A stretch of 64,000 nucleotides of DNA. Origin: a virus. Position numbers and translations under genes: made by a program. How positions within the stretch are numbered: the stretch's first letter is position 1; the number at the start of each line of letters is the position of its first letter. The DNA lies in the IMG/VR virus record IMGVR_UViG_3300024239_000016, positions 32,001 to 96,000 of that record; one strand, written 5' to 3'. This document shows, piece after piece, positions 1 through 10,603 of this stretch. The notes under the pieces are model-generated. The model was not told the DNA's origin. It worked only from the letters and a program-made list of their open reading frames with translations, and ran no database searches.

Positions 1-2079
1 CTTACGGCGGTTAGTTCTGCGGAAACCAAAGCCTTCGTAATCCGGACTATTTTCAATTCCAGAAGAGTCAAAGTTAGCACCAGACATGTAATCGTACAAC
101 TGCTGCTTATTGAGGTTGCCTTCAGAATCAAGAAGGCCAGTAGCCTTTAGTTCGTCAGCATAACCAGCGTTGATTAGCGTCTGCAAGACCATCTGCTGGT
201 GATCCATTTGACCGGAGCTGTTCCTGTAGAGCTCTTGGAATTTGGATCGCTTATCCGAAAATCCATTAGTCTGCAGCGCTTTCCCGCTTTCATCGTAACC
301 AAATTTATTACGGAAAATAGCAGTTAGCTTATCAGCGTCATCGCCAGTAATGCCAGCGCGCAAATATGCATCGGTGTCGGTGTAACGGCGAGCATCGCTA
401 TTCTTCCCATGAATAGAGTCCTCCATTAACAAGTTGAAGAATTTATCACGAGCTTCTCTGGATACATTCGAGTTTTCATCGAATAGATAGTTCTCCAAAG
501 CTTCCTTGTTGTTCGCGATATTGGCACGAGTGCTCTGATTGATTACCTTACTAAAGACGGTGTCCGTCATTTGTTTCTTAGAGACGAACTCATCTTTGAA
601 ATGATCGTAAGTAATCATCTCAACGTTGGTGTTCCCAGTACGCAGCATTGTGAGCTCACGTAACTGACGAGCTAGCAATTCCGGGATTACTTTATTGATT
701 GTCTTGTCGGTCTTAGCCGTATAGATCGCATTCCCTTGTAGGTCACCCACGCCTAGTTTACTAAGCGCTACATCGGGAGACATATTTGGGAAGAGATCTT
801 TGAGCGCTCGTACAAATGGCAACGAATCACCAGCTGTGCTTTCCCTGAAGGCATCAGCGGCCCCAGGAATATCGCCAGCATACCGCAGACCTTCTTTAGT
901 AAAGTAGTGAAACTTCTGTGCGTATTTATTATTACGCAAGAAGTTTCCAACAGGGCTTTTACGTGAACGCTTTCCGAGCTCCATCATGAATTTCTCCATG
1001 ATGCCCTGCCCAGCTTGTTCAGAGAGCATATCGGTCATGCTCATTCCGTCGCCCATACCGGCCATGCTATCCATCATCTCAGCCTGATCGCCAAGAGCAT
1101 CCATCGCCATTGTGCCGGTTTCAAATGCCTCGCGCAACCGATCCATCTTCTCGCTCATGGCGCTCTTGAGATTAGCTCCAAACTTCTCCATGAATTCACG
1201 AGAACGATTACCGACATTATCGAGAGACTTCCCAATAAAGCGATTTCTGACAGCTTCACCGAAACGCTCGCTTGCTCGCAATTTAGCGTACTCAGGCAAA
1301 GCGGTATTCCGCATGATGCCATCAAGGCGCTGCATAGTCTCAGCAGCAAATCTACGTCCGTCATTTAGCGACTCAGCCTGCAAACTCAACATTCGCAAAT
1401 TGATCTCTAAACTCTTACGCTGATAATTGACAGTAACCGAGGTATTGTAGTTATCGATATTCTGCGAGGAGATACGGATGGCATTCAGGTACTTGACAGC
1501 TTCATTGTGCTGAAGCCCAAGCATCTTGTTACCGATTGCTGTCTGAACCAATTGCTGTTGCGCTAATGCAGTTTGAGCTTGACCTTGCCCCATTGCCATG
1601 GCGACTTGATTCTGGAGAGCAAGCTCGCGCAACTCGTCGGGAGACGGCCCACGACTACCATTATCACCTGACGGTAGTTTGGCAGCAAAGGCATCTATCT
1701 TAATGCCAATACCACCAGGTAGTTCCTTACCAATCGCAGGCAGAGCACGCTTAGCGCTCTTCGAAAGATCCCTAAATGCAGGATCTAATTCTTTAAGACT
1801 TTTATCGTATAGATCCCTGGCGACCGAGACGCCTTGGCTGAAAGCACGATCGACTTCCCCGAACTCTCTTGGAAGAGCTTTCAGGATAACTTTCTTGATA
1901 GTTCCGAAACCAGTGAGTGCATTAAAAGCACCACGGAACACACCACGACCTACTTTCGTAATAGCTGAGCGTTCGTCTGCTTTAGGCTCTTGGTACAGTG
2001 AGTCGTAACTTTCGAACTTGAAATCCAAGTCCATGTCGACATCAAAGTTATCCATCGCCATTCGTTCTTTTCTTGCCAT
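1..2079 (-). CDS. Large virion tail protein, phiKZ gp181-like (tape-measure/structural peptidoglycan hydrolase), N-terminal part; runs off the left edge
   Basis: Open frame from ATG 2079 (RBS AGAGGA) to base 1 (MARKERMAMDNFDVDMDLDF...YQRKSLEINLRML...NTALPEYAK). It is absent from the ORF track because no stop lies in the window. Divergent from the vRNAP beta' gene, as phiKZ gp181/gp180 are. Confidence 0.75.
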   Translation of the reverse strand, partial: MARKERMAMDNFDVDMDLDFKFESYDSLYQEPKADERSAITKVGRGVFRGAFNALTGFGTIKKVILKALPREFGEVDRAFSQGVSVARDLYDKSLKELDPAFRDLSKSAKRALPAIGKELPGGIGIKIDAFAAKLPSGDNGSRGPSPDELRELALQNQVAMAMGQGQAQTALAQQQLVQTAIGNKMLGLQHNEAVKYLNAIRISSQNIDNYNTSVTVNYQRKSLEINLRMLSLQAESLNDGRRFAAETMQRLDGIMRNTALPEYAKLRASERFGEAVRNRFIGKSLDNVGNRSREFMEKFGANLKSAMSEKMDRLREAFETGTMAMDALGDQAEMMDSMAGMGDGMSMTDMLSEQAGQGIMEKFMMELGKRSRKSPVGNFLRNNKYAQKFHYFTKEGLRYAGDIPGAADAFRESTAGDSLPFVRALKDLFPNMSPDVALSKLGVGDLQGNAIYTAKTDKTINKVIPELLARQLRELTMLRTGNTNVEMITYDHFKDEFVSKKQMTDTVFSKVINQSTRANIANNKEALENYLFDENSNVSREARDKFFNLLMEDSIHGKNSDARRYTDTDAYLRAGITGDDADKLTAIFRNKFGYDESGKALQTNGFSDKRSKFQELYRNSSGQMDHQQMVLQTLINAGYADELKATGLLDSEGNLNKQQLYDYMSGANFDSSGIENSPDYEGFGFRRTNRRK

Positions 2080-2106
2080 AACGAAATCCTCTTTAGGTTA
2101 AGCCCA

Positions 2107-3735
2107 ATGAAAAAGATCCTTACTCCGTTTAACCTGTTTCTGATGTTCCCTACCGAAGATGACCTGGAGGGAATTCGTCCAGTTACAGTCCTCGATACGT
2201 TCGCAGCTAACAAAGTTGACTTCCATGCAGACGGTCTTTTTTCGACCGAAATTTTTGGAAGAATCGGCGATGAGATTCGCGACTACCGCTACTCTTTCAT
2301 TGATATCCGGGCTCATATCTTCCATCCCATTATTTACGATAGCCTAATCCGATATAAATCGTTGTACGGCGGGATTATGTCTGGTAAGGAATTTGCTGTC
2401 TGGAATCCTGAAACCAATGACTTCGATCGGTCAAACGCTATCGATGGTAAAACAGGCTATCATTTCTTCATGAAGCACTGGATCGATATAAAGTTCAACG
2501 ATAGCTCATCGCGATATCGTAAAGAGATCACTGATACCCTTAACAAATATCAGCAGAATCCAACGTCCGATAAAGTCATCGTGATTCCAGCTGGCATTCG
2601 TGATGTTGAAATGGAAGCCGATGGTCGTGTAACAAAGAGTGAAGTCAATGAGTTTTATCAGCGGCTCATCTCTATCTCAAATGTGATCGATCGCCAAGCG
2701 CTCAAAAATAACCCAGAGTTCCTCGATAACTCGCGGTACTCACTGCAGATTACTTTCAATAACCTCTTTGATTATTTCCTGGACCTGATTGATGGCAAGA
2801 AGAAATTAGTTCCCGGAAAGTTTATGTCGCGTCGAGTTGCCTATGGTAATCGTAACGTCATTACGGCTATGGGTCCGACTATCAAAGAGGTTGGCGCGGC
2901 CGGTAACGTGACCATCAATCATACGCAGATTGGTATGTTCCATACTCTTAAGGGACTAGCTCCTATCGCTAAGTTCGCTATGCGGGAGAAGTTCCTTAAT
3001 AAGGTCTTTTATCGCCCCGATCAAATTGTTGAGCTGATTGATCCAAAGACCCTACAGCTGACGGAAGTAAAGCTTTCGCGGAAGCTCTACGACAATTGGT
3101 CCTCAGATGAAGGCGTTGAAAAACTGATTGAAAAGTTCCGGCCGGATGTCGGTCGACACGATCCAGTTAAAATCAACGGTCATTACCTGGCGTTAGTTTA
3201 TAAAGGCGATGACAATACCTTTAAAATCTTCCGTGATATTCGCGAACTCCCTGGTAACCTGAATACAGCAAATGTCAGTCCCATTACCTGGGCCGAGTTC
3301 TTATATCTTTCGGTTTACGAACGAGCCAATAAATACCCATTATGGATCTGTCGCTACCCTGTAGCGGGGAATGGATCGAACTATCCGTCCTTTACCTACA
3401 TCCGTACTACGGTGAAGACTCGCCAGATGCGAGAGCTGGACGATGCCTGGAATGTCGATTTGCAAAACACTGACAGGATAGCATGGCAGTTCCCGATTAC
3501 CGGTGAAGCTTTTGTCAATTCCACAATTCCTCATGGGTGTCAGATAGCTGGACTATCAGCTGACTTTGATGGCGATATGGTTTCGTCTAATTTTACCATG
3601 ACAGATGAGGCGATGAGAGAAACCCATGAGTATTTTGCCTCAAGACGCGCATATATTGGCACAGACGGCAAATTATCACGGAGTGTTTTCTCTATGTCTA
3701 TAAACCTGGTTAAACACAATCTTTTACGGAGTTAA
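2107..3735 (+). CDS. Virion RNA polymerase beta' subunit (phiKZ gp180-like), catalytic DxDGD subunit
   Basis: GLFSTEIFG, RNVIT, RYP and catalytic ADFDGD motifs; 542 aa; followed by the beta subunit. Confidence 0.93.
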   Translation: MKKILTPFNLFLMFPTEDDLEGIRPVTVLDTFAANKVDFHADGLFSTEIFGRIGDEIRDYRYSFIDIRAHIFHPIIYDSLIRYKSLYGGIMSGKEFAVWNPETNDFDRSNAIDGKTGYHFFMKHWIDIKFNDSSSRYRKEITDTLNKYQQNPTSDKVIVIPAGIRDVEMEADGRVTKSEVNEFYQRLISISNVIDRQALKNNPEFLDNSRYSLQITFNNLFDYFLDLIDGKKKLVPGKFMSRRVAYGNRNVITAMGPTIKEVGAAGNVTINHTQIGMFHTLKGLAPIAKFAMREKFLNKVFYRPDQIVELIDPKTLQLTEVKLSRKLYDNWSSDEGVEKLIEKFRPDVGRHDPVKINGHYLALVYKGDDNTFKIFRDIRELPGNLNTANVSPITWAEFLYLSVYERANKYPLWICRYPVAGNGSNYPSFTYIRTTVKTRQMRELDDAWNVDLQNTDRIAWQFPITGEAFVNSTIPHGCQIAGLSADFDGDMVSSNFTMTDEAMRETHEYFASRRAYIGTDGKLSRSVFSMSINLVKHNLLRS

Positions 3736-3741
3736 GCGCTC

Positions 3742-6700
3742 ATGCGTGATTATTATCAGTTTTTCTTCCGTAGCGTGGGTGCATGGAAGAGCGAATTAAT
3801 TACGAATCCGCAACTGCATCCGTTCGAAGGATTGCAGCTGCCTCGTAATTCAGCGTACCACATCTTGCCGGATGGTAGTGACTCTCCAACACCAAATCCC
3901 AATGATCCAATTCTGAAGGGATGGAGCAAGCCCATAAGCTTGCTCAACGTCCATCAGCTGGCTGTACTGGATGGAGAGCCACGTAAACTGGCTTACGATG
4001 TTGTTAGTGAATTCAATAAGTTCCTGACAGCAAACAACATGCAATTCCGTCGGATGAAATCCCTAGAACAGGTCGTCCCTGATGATCAAGCTCTGGTGGC
4101 AATTTCGTACATGGCTATCCCAAGGGCGTACTATTACGCCCAGACGAACTACTCAGAATGGCACTCGTATTACAACTTGATGAAAACTGTTTTTCAAAAA
4201 GTTGAGGAATTGGCGAACAACAGTAGCCGCCATCAGTTCCTGGTTTTCGATGCACCGGAGTTGGTGCCATCTCTAGAGTTGTTAAAATACGCCGAGCGCT
4301 CAGCAGAACTTGAGCGAAAGATTGTTAAGGACTTCAACACTCCAGGACGCCGCCTTGTTCTTGAGCTATTCAAATGGCTGGGAGCTGGCTATAACCAAAA
4401 CTCTCTTTTCTCACTGATCTCGCTGGCAAATCTAAGTAAGGTGAATTTGATTCTTCGCCACAAAGGAAATTTCATCCTGATCAATCTGGGCCTTTTGTTC
4501 TCTTGGAGATCTGCTCCAAAGACTGAAAAAGAAGTCTGGGAATTCTTCGGTAAAGAAGCAGGCCGCGGACAGATGCCGCTCCAGTACCAGCGCTGGTTGA
4601 TTCGGTTCTTTGCTGTTATTTCGAAGCTGGAAACGCCGAGTGTCGACGTTGAAAAATTGGACGCTGAGCTAAAGGCAGCCGGCGAAGAAATCATCGACGA
4701 TGCTTCCTCAGTTCCGTCCATCGCTAATAAAGCTGGCGCCGTGACTCAGGTAAACGATGACATGGATGAGGAAATGGATGATGGTCTGTTAGATGACAGG
4801 CCTTCTACCCCAGCAGAAAAAATTGATTTCGCTATCACGGAAGAGTTGGAAAAAGAGCTCGAGCGTGAGTTGGCCGTTCTCTCCAGAAAGAATGACAAGT
4901 ATGGTGAGGATGAGGAAGATATTCCTGTCACCGAAGTAGCGGAGATCTCCGATATCGATGCTCCGACCATCTACAATGCAGTTACTCGGAAATGCGATTA
5001 CCTGGCTGATCAGGGAGTTCTTAGCGCCGCAGAGTACAAGCGACATATTCGGCTATCTGAGAGCTTCAAGAAAATTAAGATCGACGGTAAGCCAGTCGAA
5101 GACTTAATTAAGAGAGATCCGATTAGCGTTGCTCTAGCTGAGCCGAAGTTGATACCGGATGCCGCAGGCGTTAAAGATAAGCGCATGCTTAAGTCATCTA
5201 TTTCGGAGCTGAACGAAGAGTATCAGAAACGCGGAATGTTGGCGGATACAGTAAGTTGCATCATGGCTATTCAGAAAGCCGCTATCTCGGTCACAGAGAT
5301 AGAAAAAGATCGCATCGATACCATCATGGGCAGCAGTGACGTTTATTCTGTTCGTTTGGTACCCGTTGAGGGCGAGCCCAGCACAATCAAAATTCGTGTA
5401 TCGGCTTGCAATGACGACGGTAGTTTTGTAGCCAATGGCACCAAGTATCGTCTTCGCCGCCAGAAGGCAGATGTGCCTATTCGCAAAATCAGCCCAAATG
5501 AGGTTGTGCTTTCCAGCTATTACGGCCCAAAGCAATTCATCACGCGAGGAGCTCGTAAGAACAACAGCTACGAAATCTGGTTAGCAGCTCAGATTCGTGC
5601 TATCGGTTTGGATGAAAATAACCAAACGATCACGGATTTGCATGTTGGAAATGATTTCGACCACGATTTCCGCTGCAACTATACGTACTCGGTTCTCGCT
5701 AGGAACTTCGCAGGATTCAATCTGAAAGGATTTGAATGCTCTTTCAACCATAAATTGCGAGAAGAGAGATTCGGCGCCGAGGCTATCAAGTTGTACGAGG
5801 GCGATAAAAAGCATGGTCGATTGATTTTTGGGAAATCGAAAGATGACCAATATCTGATCTTTGGCACCGATGGTCTAGTTTATATTGGCGCTGATAAAAC
5901 ATCGCGGTTGGTTGGCTCTTTTGAAGATTACGTTGGAATCGAAGAGTTCTCACCTGTTGAGCGGGCAGACATGCGCATCATCGACAAGAATATTCCGCTT
6001 GGAGTTATTCTGTCTTACGAGATGGGTCTGGAGACCATGCTCAAAGCGCTGCGTGTTAAATATGACAAGTTCGAGGGCAATATTCGGATGATGTCAAAAA
6101 GTAATACGCACTATGTCTTGCGATTCAAGGATTGTTGTTTAGTGATTTATCGCGATCGTGGCCGCTTGGATATGATCATCGGTGGTCTGATGGAGTACGA
6201 TGACTTCCTAAAGACTCGCACTCTGCGTGAGTTTAATAAGAAGGACATCTATCTACCGCTCTTAGAGAGCCGCAAGCTGACGCTGCGCTACTTGACAGAA
6301 ATCGACAACCTGTACGATCTGTTTATTGACCCAATCACTGAGTTGAACCTCAAGCGAATGAATGAGCCAACGACGTTCCGTGGGCTACTGTTGAGAGCCG
6401 TTGAGTTATTATTGATCGACTGGCATCCAACAGAAATGGATACAGAATACCAACAGCTCAAAGGTAACGAACGTATGGCCGGAGCTATTTACCGCGAACT
6501 GGTACGTAGCGTACGGAGACATCGTTCAAGATCCGATCGCGCTAGAGCTCCAATTGAGCTGAAGCCGCACGCTGTATGGAAAGCAATTGCTGATGACTCA
6601 GCTAAATTGCTAATGGATGAAATCAATCCAATTGCCCATCTGAAAGAAATCGAAGCCGTAACTTTCTCAGGAACTGGTGGTCGTACAGCTGAGACTATGA

Positions 6701-8037
6701 TGGCTAAATCGCGGATTTATACCAAGAAAGATATGGGTATTATTTCCGAAGCTAACGTTGACTCAGGCGATGTGGGCGTTAACATCTGGACATCGGCTAA
6801 CCCAAACCTTACCACTATTTACGGTAACACAAAACAGCTGGATGGAGATTACGACCCCACTAAGTTGTTTAGCACAACTACTCTGCTAGCTCCATTCGCT
6901 GAGAATGAAGATATGAAGCGAGCAGTTTTTACGGGAATTCAAAACCAGCACACCGTAGCATGTCACGGGTATAAACCACCACAGGTTCGTACCGGCTATG
7001 AATATGTGATTCCTCATCGAGTCGGTGATCTTTTCTGTACTACAGCTAAACAAGCCGGTGTCGTTGAGTCAGTAACAGATGACGGGATTGTTGTTAAATA
7101 CGCAGACGGTACGGTAAAGGGAGTTCAGCTAGGTCGTGTTTACGGCATTAGTTGCGGTAGTGTCGTGTCTCATTCACTGGTTTCAGAAATGAAACCAGGT
7201 CAGAAGTTCAAAGAAGGGGACGTCATCGCTTACAATAGCAATTTCTTTGCCAAGGATTATTTCGATCCGACAAAAGTGATGTTGAAGTTTAACACCACTG
7301 CAAAGATTGCTCTGTATGAGGCAGCGCTGACAAATGACGATTCCTCAATGATCTCCGTTGAGCTATCTGAGCGTCTGCGTTGCGATACGCCGCACGATCG
7401 CATGGTTGTTGTTAGTTTCCAGGATCATCTATCGAAAGTAGTTGGTGTCGGTACTGAAGTTGAGCCCGATGACATTCTCTGTTACATTAGTCCGAGCGTA
7501 GCCAGCTCAGCGACTGGTATTACAGATCAAGTGGCACTGGATGCCCTTACTGAGTGGAGTAATCAAACACCAACCGCTAAGTACAAAGGACGTATTGAGT
7601 ACATCGAGTGTTTCTATCATGGCGACCTCGAAAACATGTCTGAAACTGTGCGGAAGTTAGCTGAAGCATCTGACCGTCAGCGTAAACAGAAGCAAAAGGC
7701 AGCCGCTATGCCTATCTACTCCAGTATGGTCGATGATTCGTTCCGCAAAGATGGCGAGGCTATCCCCGTGGATAGTATGGTCATCAAGTTTTATATCGCA
7801 AGTAGCGAGCCAGCGGCTGTAGCCGATAAAGTGGTGTATGGTAATCAGTTAAAATCAGTCATTGGTGAAGTGATCAGTGGTGAGATTGTAACTGAGTCTG
7901 GTGTGCAGATTGAGGCTGTCTTCGGCCAGGCATCTATTGATAATCGAATTATTGATAGCTTTCCGCGTATCGGTGCCCTTACTACGCTTCTGAAGCTTAT
8001 CGCTACAAAAACAGTTTCAGCTTACCGTAATCAATAA
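3742..8037 (+). CDS. Virion RNA polymerase beta subunit (phiKZ gp178-like)
   Basis: 1431 aa; TFSGTGGR, ISEANVDSGDVG, EDMKR, DDSS and GNQLKSV beta-type motifs; synteny. Confidence 0.9.
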   Translation: MRDYYQFFFRSVGAWKSELITNPQLHPFEGLQLPRNSAYHILPDGSDSPTPNPNDPILKGWSKPISLLNVHQLAVLDGEPRKLAYDVVSEFNKFLTANNMQFRRMKSLEQVVPDDQALVAISYMAIPRAYYYAQTNYSEWHSYYNLMKTVFQKVEELANNSSRHQFLVFDAPELVPSLELLKYAERSAELERKIVKDFNTPGRRLVLELFKWLGAGYNQNSLFSLISLANLSKVNLILRHKGNFILINLGLLFSWRSAPKTEKEVWEFFGKEAGRGQMPLQYQRWLIRFFAVISKLETPSVDVEKLDAELKAAGEEIIDDASSVPSIANKAGAVTQVNDDMDEEMDDGLLDDRPSTPAEKIDFAITEELEKELERELAVLSRKNDKYGEDEEDIPVTEVAEISDIDAPTIYNAVTRKCDYLADQGVLSAAEYKRHIRLSESFKKIKIDGKPVEDLIKRDPISVALAEPKLIPDAAGVKDKRMLKSSISELNEEYQKRGMLADTVSCIMAIQKAAISVTEIEKDRIDTIMGSSDVYSVRLVPVEGEPSTIKIRVSACNDDGSFVANGTKYRLRRQKADVPIRKISPNEVVLSSYYGPKQFITRGARKNNSYEIWLAAQIRAIGLDENNQTITDLHVGNDFDHDFRCNYTYSVLARNFAGFNLKGFECSFNHKLREERFGAEAIKLYEGDKKHGRLIFGKSKDDQYLIFGTDGLVYIGADKTSRLVGSFEDYVGIEEFSPVERADMRIIDKNIPLGVILSYEMGLETMLKALRVKYDKFEGNIRMMSKSNTHYVLRFKDCCLVIYRDRGRLDMIIGGLMEYDDFLKTRTLREFNKKDIYLPLLESRKLTLRYLTEIDNLYDLFIDPITELNLKRMNEPTTFRGLLLRAVELLLIDWHPTEMDTEYQQLKGNERMAGAIYRELVRSVRRHRSRSDRARAPIELKPHAVWKAIADDSAKLLMDEINPIAHLKEIEAVTFSGTGGRTAETMMAKSRIYTKKDMGIISEANVDSGDVGVNIWTSANPNLTTIYGNTKQLDGDYDPTKLFSTTTLLAPFAENEDMKRAVFTGIQNQHTVACHGYKPPQVRTGYEYVIPHRVGDLFCTTAKQAGVVESVTDDGIVVKYADGTVKGVQLGRVYGISCGSVVSHSLVSEMKPGQKFKEGDVIAYNSNFFAKDYFDPTKVMLKFNTTAKIALYEAALTNDDSSMISVELSERLRCDTPHDRMVVVSFQDHLSKVVGVGTEVEPDDILCYISPSVASSATGITDQVALDALTEWSNQTPTAKYKGRIEYIECFYHGDLENMSETVRKLAEASDRQRKQKQKAAAMPIYSSMVDDSFRKDGEAIPVDSMVIKFYIASSEPAAVADKVVYGNQLKSVIGEVISGEIVTESGVQIEAVFGQASIDNRIIDSFPRIGALTTLLKLIATKTVSAYRNQ

Positions 8038-8084
8038 TTCAAGAAAGGATGGGGCGGGCAAATAACCCGCTCCTTTTTCTAAAT

Positions 8085-8288
8085 ATGAACATGCAAGTAG
8101 GACAATCACATCAAGTGCGCACAGCTGTGGCTGTGGGTAATCTGATCGATTTGACGTTCGCAATCGTGAACTCGATCGCTGGTAACGATATCTCGGACCA
8201 ACTGAATGGTGCTCCCATGACTCGCGAGGGTGTCGGTCAGTTGGTTATCGCCGATATCAACTCTTCAACCAAATACGCTCAGGGGTAA
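8085..8288 (+). CDS. Small hypothetical protein (start uncertain)
   Basis: Short ORF abutting the next gene; a hairpin plus U-tract at about 8052-8079 argues against the 8049 start. Confidence 0.5.
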   Translation: MNMQVGQSHQVRTAVAVGNLIDLTFAIVNSIAGNDISDQLNGAPMTREGVGQLVIADINSSTKYAQG

Positions 8289-8291
8289 GTC

Positions 8292-9809
8292 ATGCTGTCA
8301 AGAACATCTGTTGAGCAAGGCTTGCTTCTGGCGACTGCTCTTGATCAAGCTTTCAATGGCAAGCCAATGAGCTTGGTGCCAGTGGAAGGATCGCCACTGG
8401 CTGCGCTGGTCCGCATAACTGGCGCTACCGATCCTGGCGATGACTATGCGAAGTATCTGACTCGCATGGTGGCTGAGGCCGTAACTACCGATGACAAGAT
8501 CGATTCGACTCGCACTCTCATCGACGGCATTCTGTATCACACAAACAGCGAAGATCCAGTGACCAAACTGGTTCCTCACGACACAGTCCAGGAAGAGTTA
8601 GTCGAACTCCATGCTCCGGTTGTTGCTCAGCAGCTGGCGCACGCTCGCAATGTCGTCAAGCCCATGATTGAGCGCTTGATGACTATGGTCACGACTGAAC
8701 TGAATGGTCGCGTCAACAGCGCACTACTGGCTGCTAATGTGATCGAAGTTCGTACCCCTGTTGTCTTTAATGACCCAGGTATGATTCGGGCTCTTGAAAA
8801 GTACACGACTCTCAATTACAATCCAGACATGGTTTGTAGTTTTGCTCTTCCAGTTATGTCAGATGAAGCGCTTCGCGATCTGATCAAGACAGGTAGCCCA
8901 GAAACTGATGCGGCTATCGATGCTTGGTTGAGCACCGAAGGTGAAGGCTGGTTGACCCGTCTTTATACGGATTTCTTCACAGCCGCTACGTCAATTCGCG
9001 ATACGCAGAACCTGCATGGCTTCCTTCGCTATACTGCAAAAAATGTGGTATATGCACGCAATCTGCCCAATGTTGACATCTGTCGTGTCATCGGCCTTTT
9101 CATCCTGGCTGATGCGCTCTATGACAATCCGATTGAAGGCACTGCTGTTAAGCTGGAAGACTACAATCGGTACATGTCTGATCTCCGTGATTCACTCGGC
9201 GCTCTGTTGGTCAATGAGCGCGCAGAGTACTACCGGATGATCAATGATGAGCGACAGCTTGTCATTCGCGTTGAGGACAACACGACGCTGGTACGTGAGG
9301 AGCTCTATGAGCAATTCCTTGCGGAAGGAGGCGATGTCGAGATGCTGTATGGCAACGGTCTTCGTACCAAGCCCTACAGCTCTATCGATGAGCTACGTGC
9401 CCACTCCGATGAACTCCGTAGCGAGTGGCACCGTCATGTAGCCATTGCTCGTCAGGTAGAAGAGCGCAATATCGAGACCATCACGCGGAATATTTTCCGC
9501 CGTGCGGTGATCGACGTTATCGCGAGCCTCGATGAAGATCTGAAGAAGCACACCGAGCACATCTCTCGTATCTGGGAGCAGACGCTGGAAAACACAAGCA
9601 ACAAAGACCTACGAGACATATGCATGGTATCGACGCGTCTCATTTGTCGTGCAGTGTTCCCGCACACCGATGCCGAAATCATTATCGGTCTGACCAATGA
9701 AGTTGCTTCCAAGAATCCGGACATGAGCATTCGCGATGTGGTACTCGTTGCCACCATCAACTATGTTTGTGCTTGGGGTCGCAAACAACTGAAGCTGGTG
9801 CAGCAATAA
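8292..9809 (+). CDS. Conserved phiKZ-like protein (gp177-like position), probably structural
   Basis: 505 aa ORF between the vRNAP beta gene and the protease block. Confidence 0.6.
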   Translation: MLSRTSVEQGLLLATALDQAFNGKPMSLVPVEGSPLAALVRITGATDPGDDYAKYLTRMVAEAVTTDDKIDSTRTLIDGILYHTNSEDPVTKLVPHDTVQEELVELHAPVVAQQLAHARNVVKPMIERLMTMVTTELNGRVNSALLAANVIEVRTPVVFNDPGMIRALEKYTTLNYNPDMVCSFALPVMSDEALRDLIKTGSPETDAAIDAWLSTEGEGWLTRLYTDFFTAATSIRDTQNLHGFLRYTAKNVVYARNLPNVDICRVIGLFILADALYDNPIEGTAVKLEDYNRYMSDLRDSLGALLVNERAEYYRMINDERQLVIRVEDNTTLVREELYEQFLAEGGDVEMLYGNGLRTKPYSSIDELRAHSDELRSEWHRHVAIARQVEERNIETITRNIFRRAVIDVIASLDEDLKKHTEHISRIWEQTLENTSNKDLRDICMVSTRLICRAVFPHTDAEIIIGLTNEVASKNPDMSIRDVVLVATINYVCAWGRKQLKLVQQ

Positions 9810-9814
9810 ATAGG

Positions 9815-9846
9815 ACTAGCCTGGCCTTACGGCCGGGCTAGTTTTA
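9815..9846 (+). terminator. Intrinsic terminator
   Basis: ACTAGCCTGGCC-TTAC-GGCCGGGCTAGT followed by a T-run. Confidence 0.8.
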
Positions 9847-9860
9847 ATGAGGATCTGAAA

Positions 9861-10580
9861 ATGGATTTTAAAAAGCTTAAAAGGGATCCTAAGTATGTTT
9901 TAGGATTTCTTAAAACAGTCGGGAAACAAAGAGTCGCCACAAAAGAAATGCGCGTTCTCTTTCCATCCAGATTTACTGAACGAGGTCTTGCATCTCTTGG
10001 CCATGACAATTATGTCATTGGGTACGTGGCAATTGTTGTGGATGATAAGTTTACCACAATGAATGTACCGGCGATGGTCTTGTTTACTCCGTCTCTAATC
10101 AATGAGACTGAAGTGGGTGGAGTTGATTATCACGAATTTGTTTTCAATGCTGGCGATGTAGTTATTGGAAATACCGATATCGTTCAGCGAGATACCCTGA
10201 TTTACTATATCCTGGCAGAGTTCTTTTCAAAAGGGAATTTGCCGGCGTATATTGGGTTCTACGAATTCTCAGCAATTTTCGATAACGCAGACCGTTTTGC
10301 TGGAACTAAAGTGGTTTCGCAGCGGAAAGTTATTGAACTTTGGATCTCCCTCTTAGCGCGAAATCCAAAGAAACCGACTCAGTATTACGCTGAGACCATC
10401 GAATCCGAGAATGATATTGTGACGAGACCGCCTGAGATTGTGGGAATGCGTAATGTATCACTGATTGCATCAGGTACGCTAAACCGTTTCGGTGGTAGCT
10501 ATATGTACGATGGCATCATTAGCTCCCTTCTGAATCCTTCTACAGAGGTAGGGCTACTGGAGTCTGTTTACAGACAATAA
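9861..10580 (+). CDS. Conserved phiKZ-like protein (gp176-like position)
   Basis: 239 aa, RBS GAGGA, directly upstream of the head protease. Confidence 0.6.
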   Translation: MDFKKLKRDPKYVLGFLKTVGKQRVATKEMRVLFPSRFTERGLASLGHDNYVIGYVAIVVDDKFTTMNVPAMVLFTPSLINETEVGGVDYHEFVFNAGDVVIGNTDIVQRDTLIYYILAEFFSKGNLPAYIGFYEFSAIFDNADRFAGTKVVSQRKVIELWISLLARNPKKPTQYYAETIESENDIVTRPPEIVGMRNVSLIASGTLNRFGGSYMYDGIISSLLNPSTEVGLLESVYRQ

Positions 10581-10603
10581 TCATTTTTCGGAAAGTAAAG
10601 AAA

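Noticed and set aside
768-2008. Short ORFs in the first 2 kb and the many antisense ORFs throughout the window
   Set aside because: They are shadows of long real genes in another frame or on the other strand
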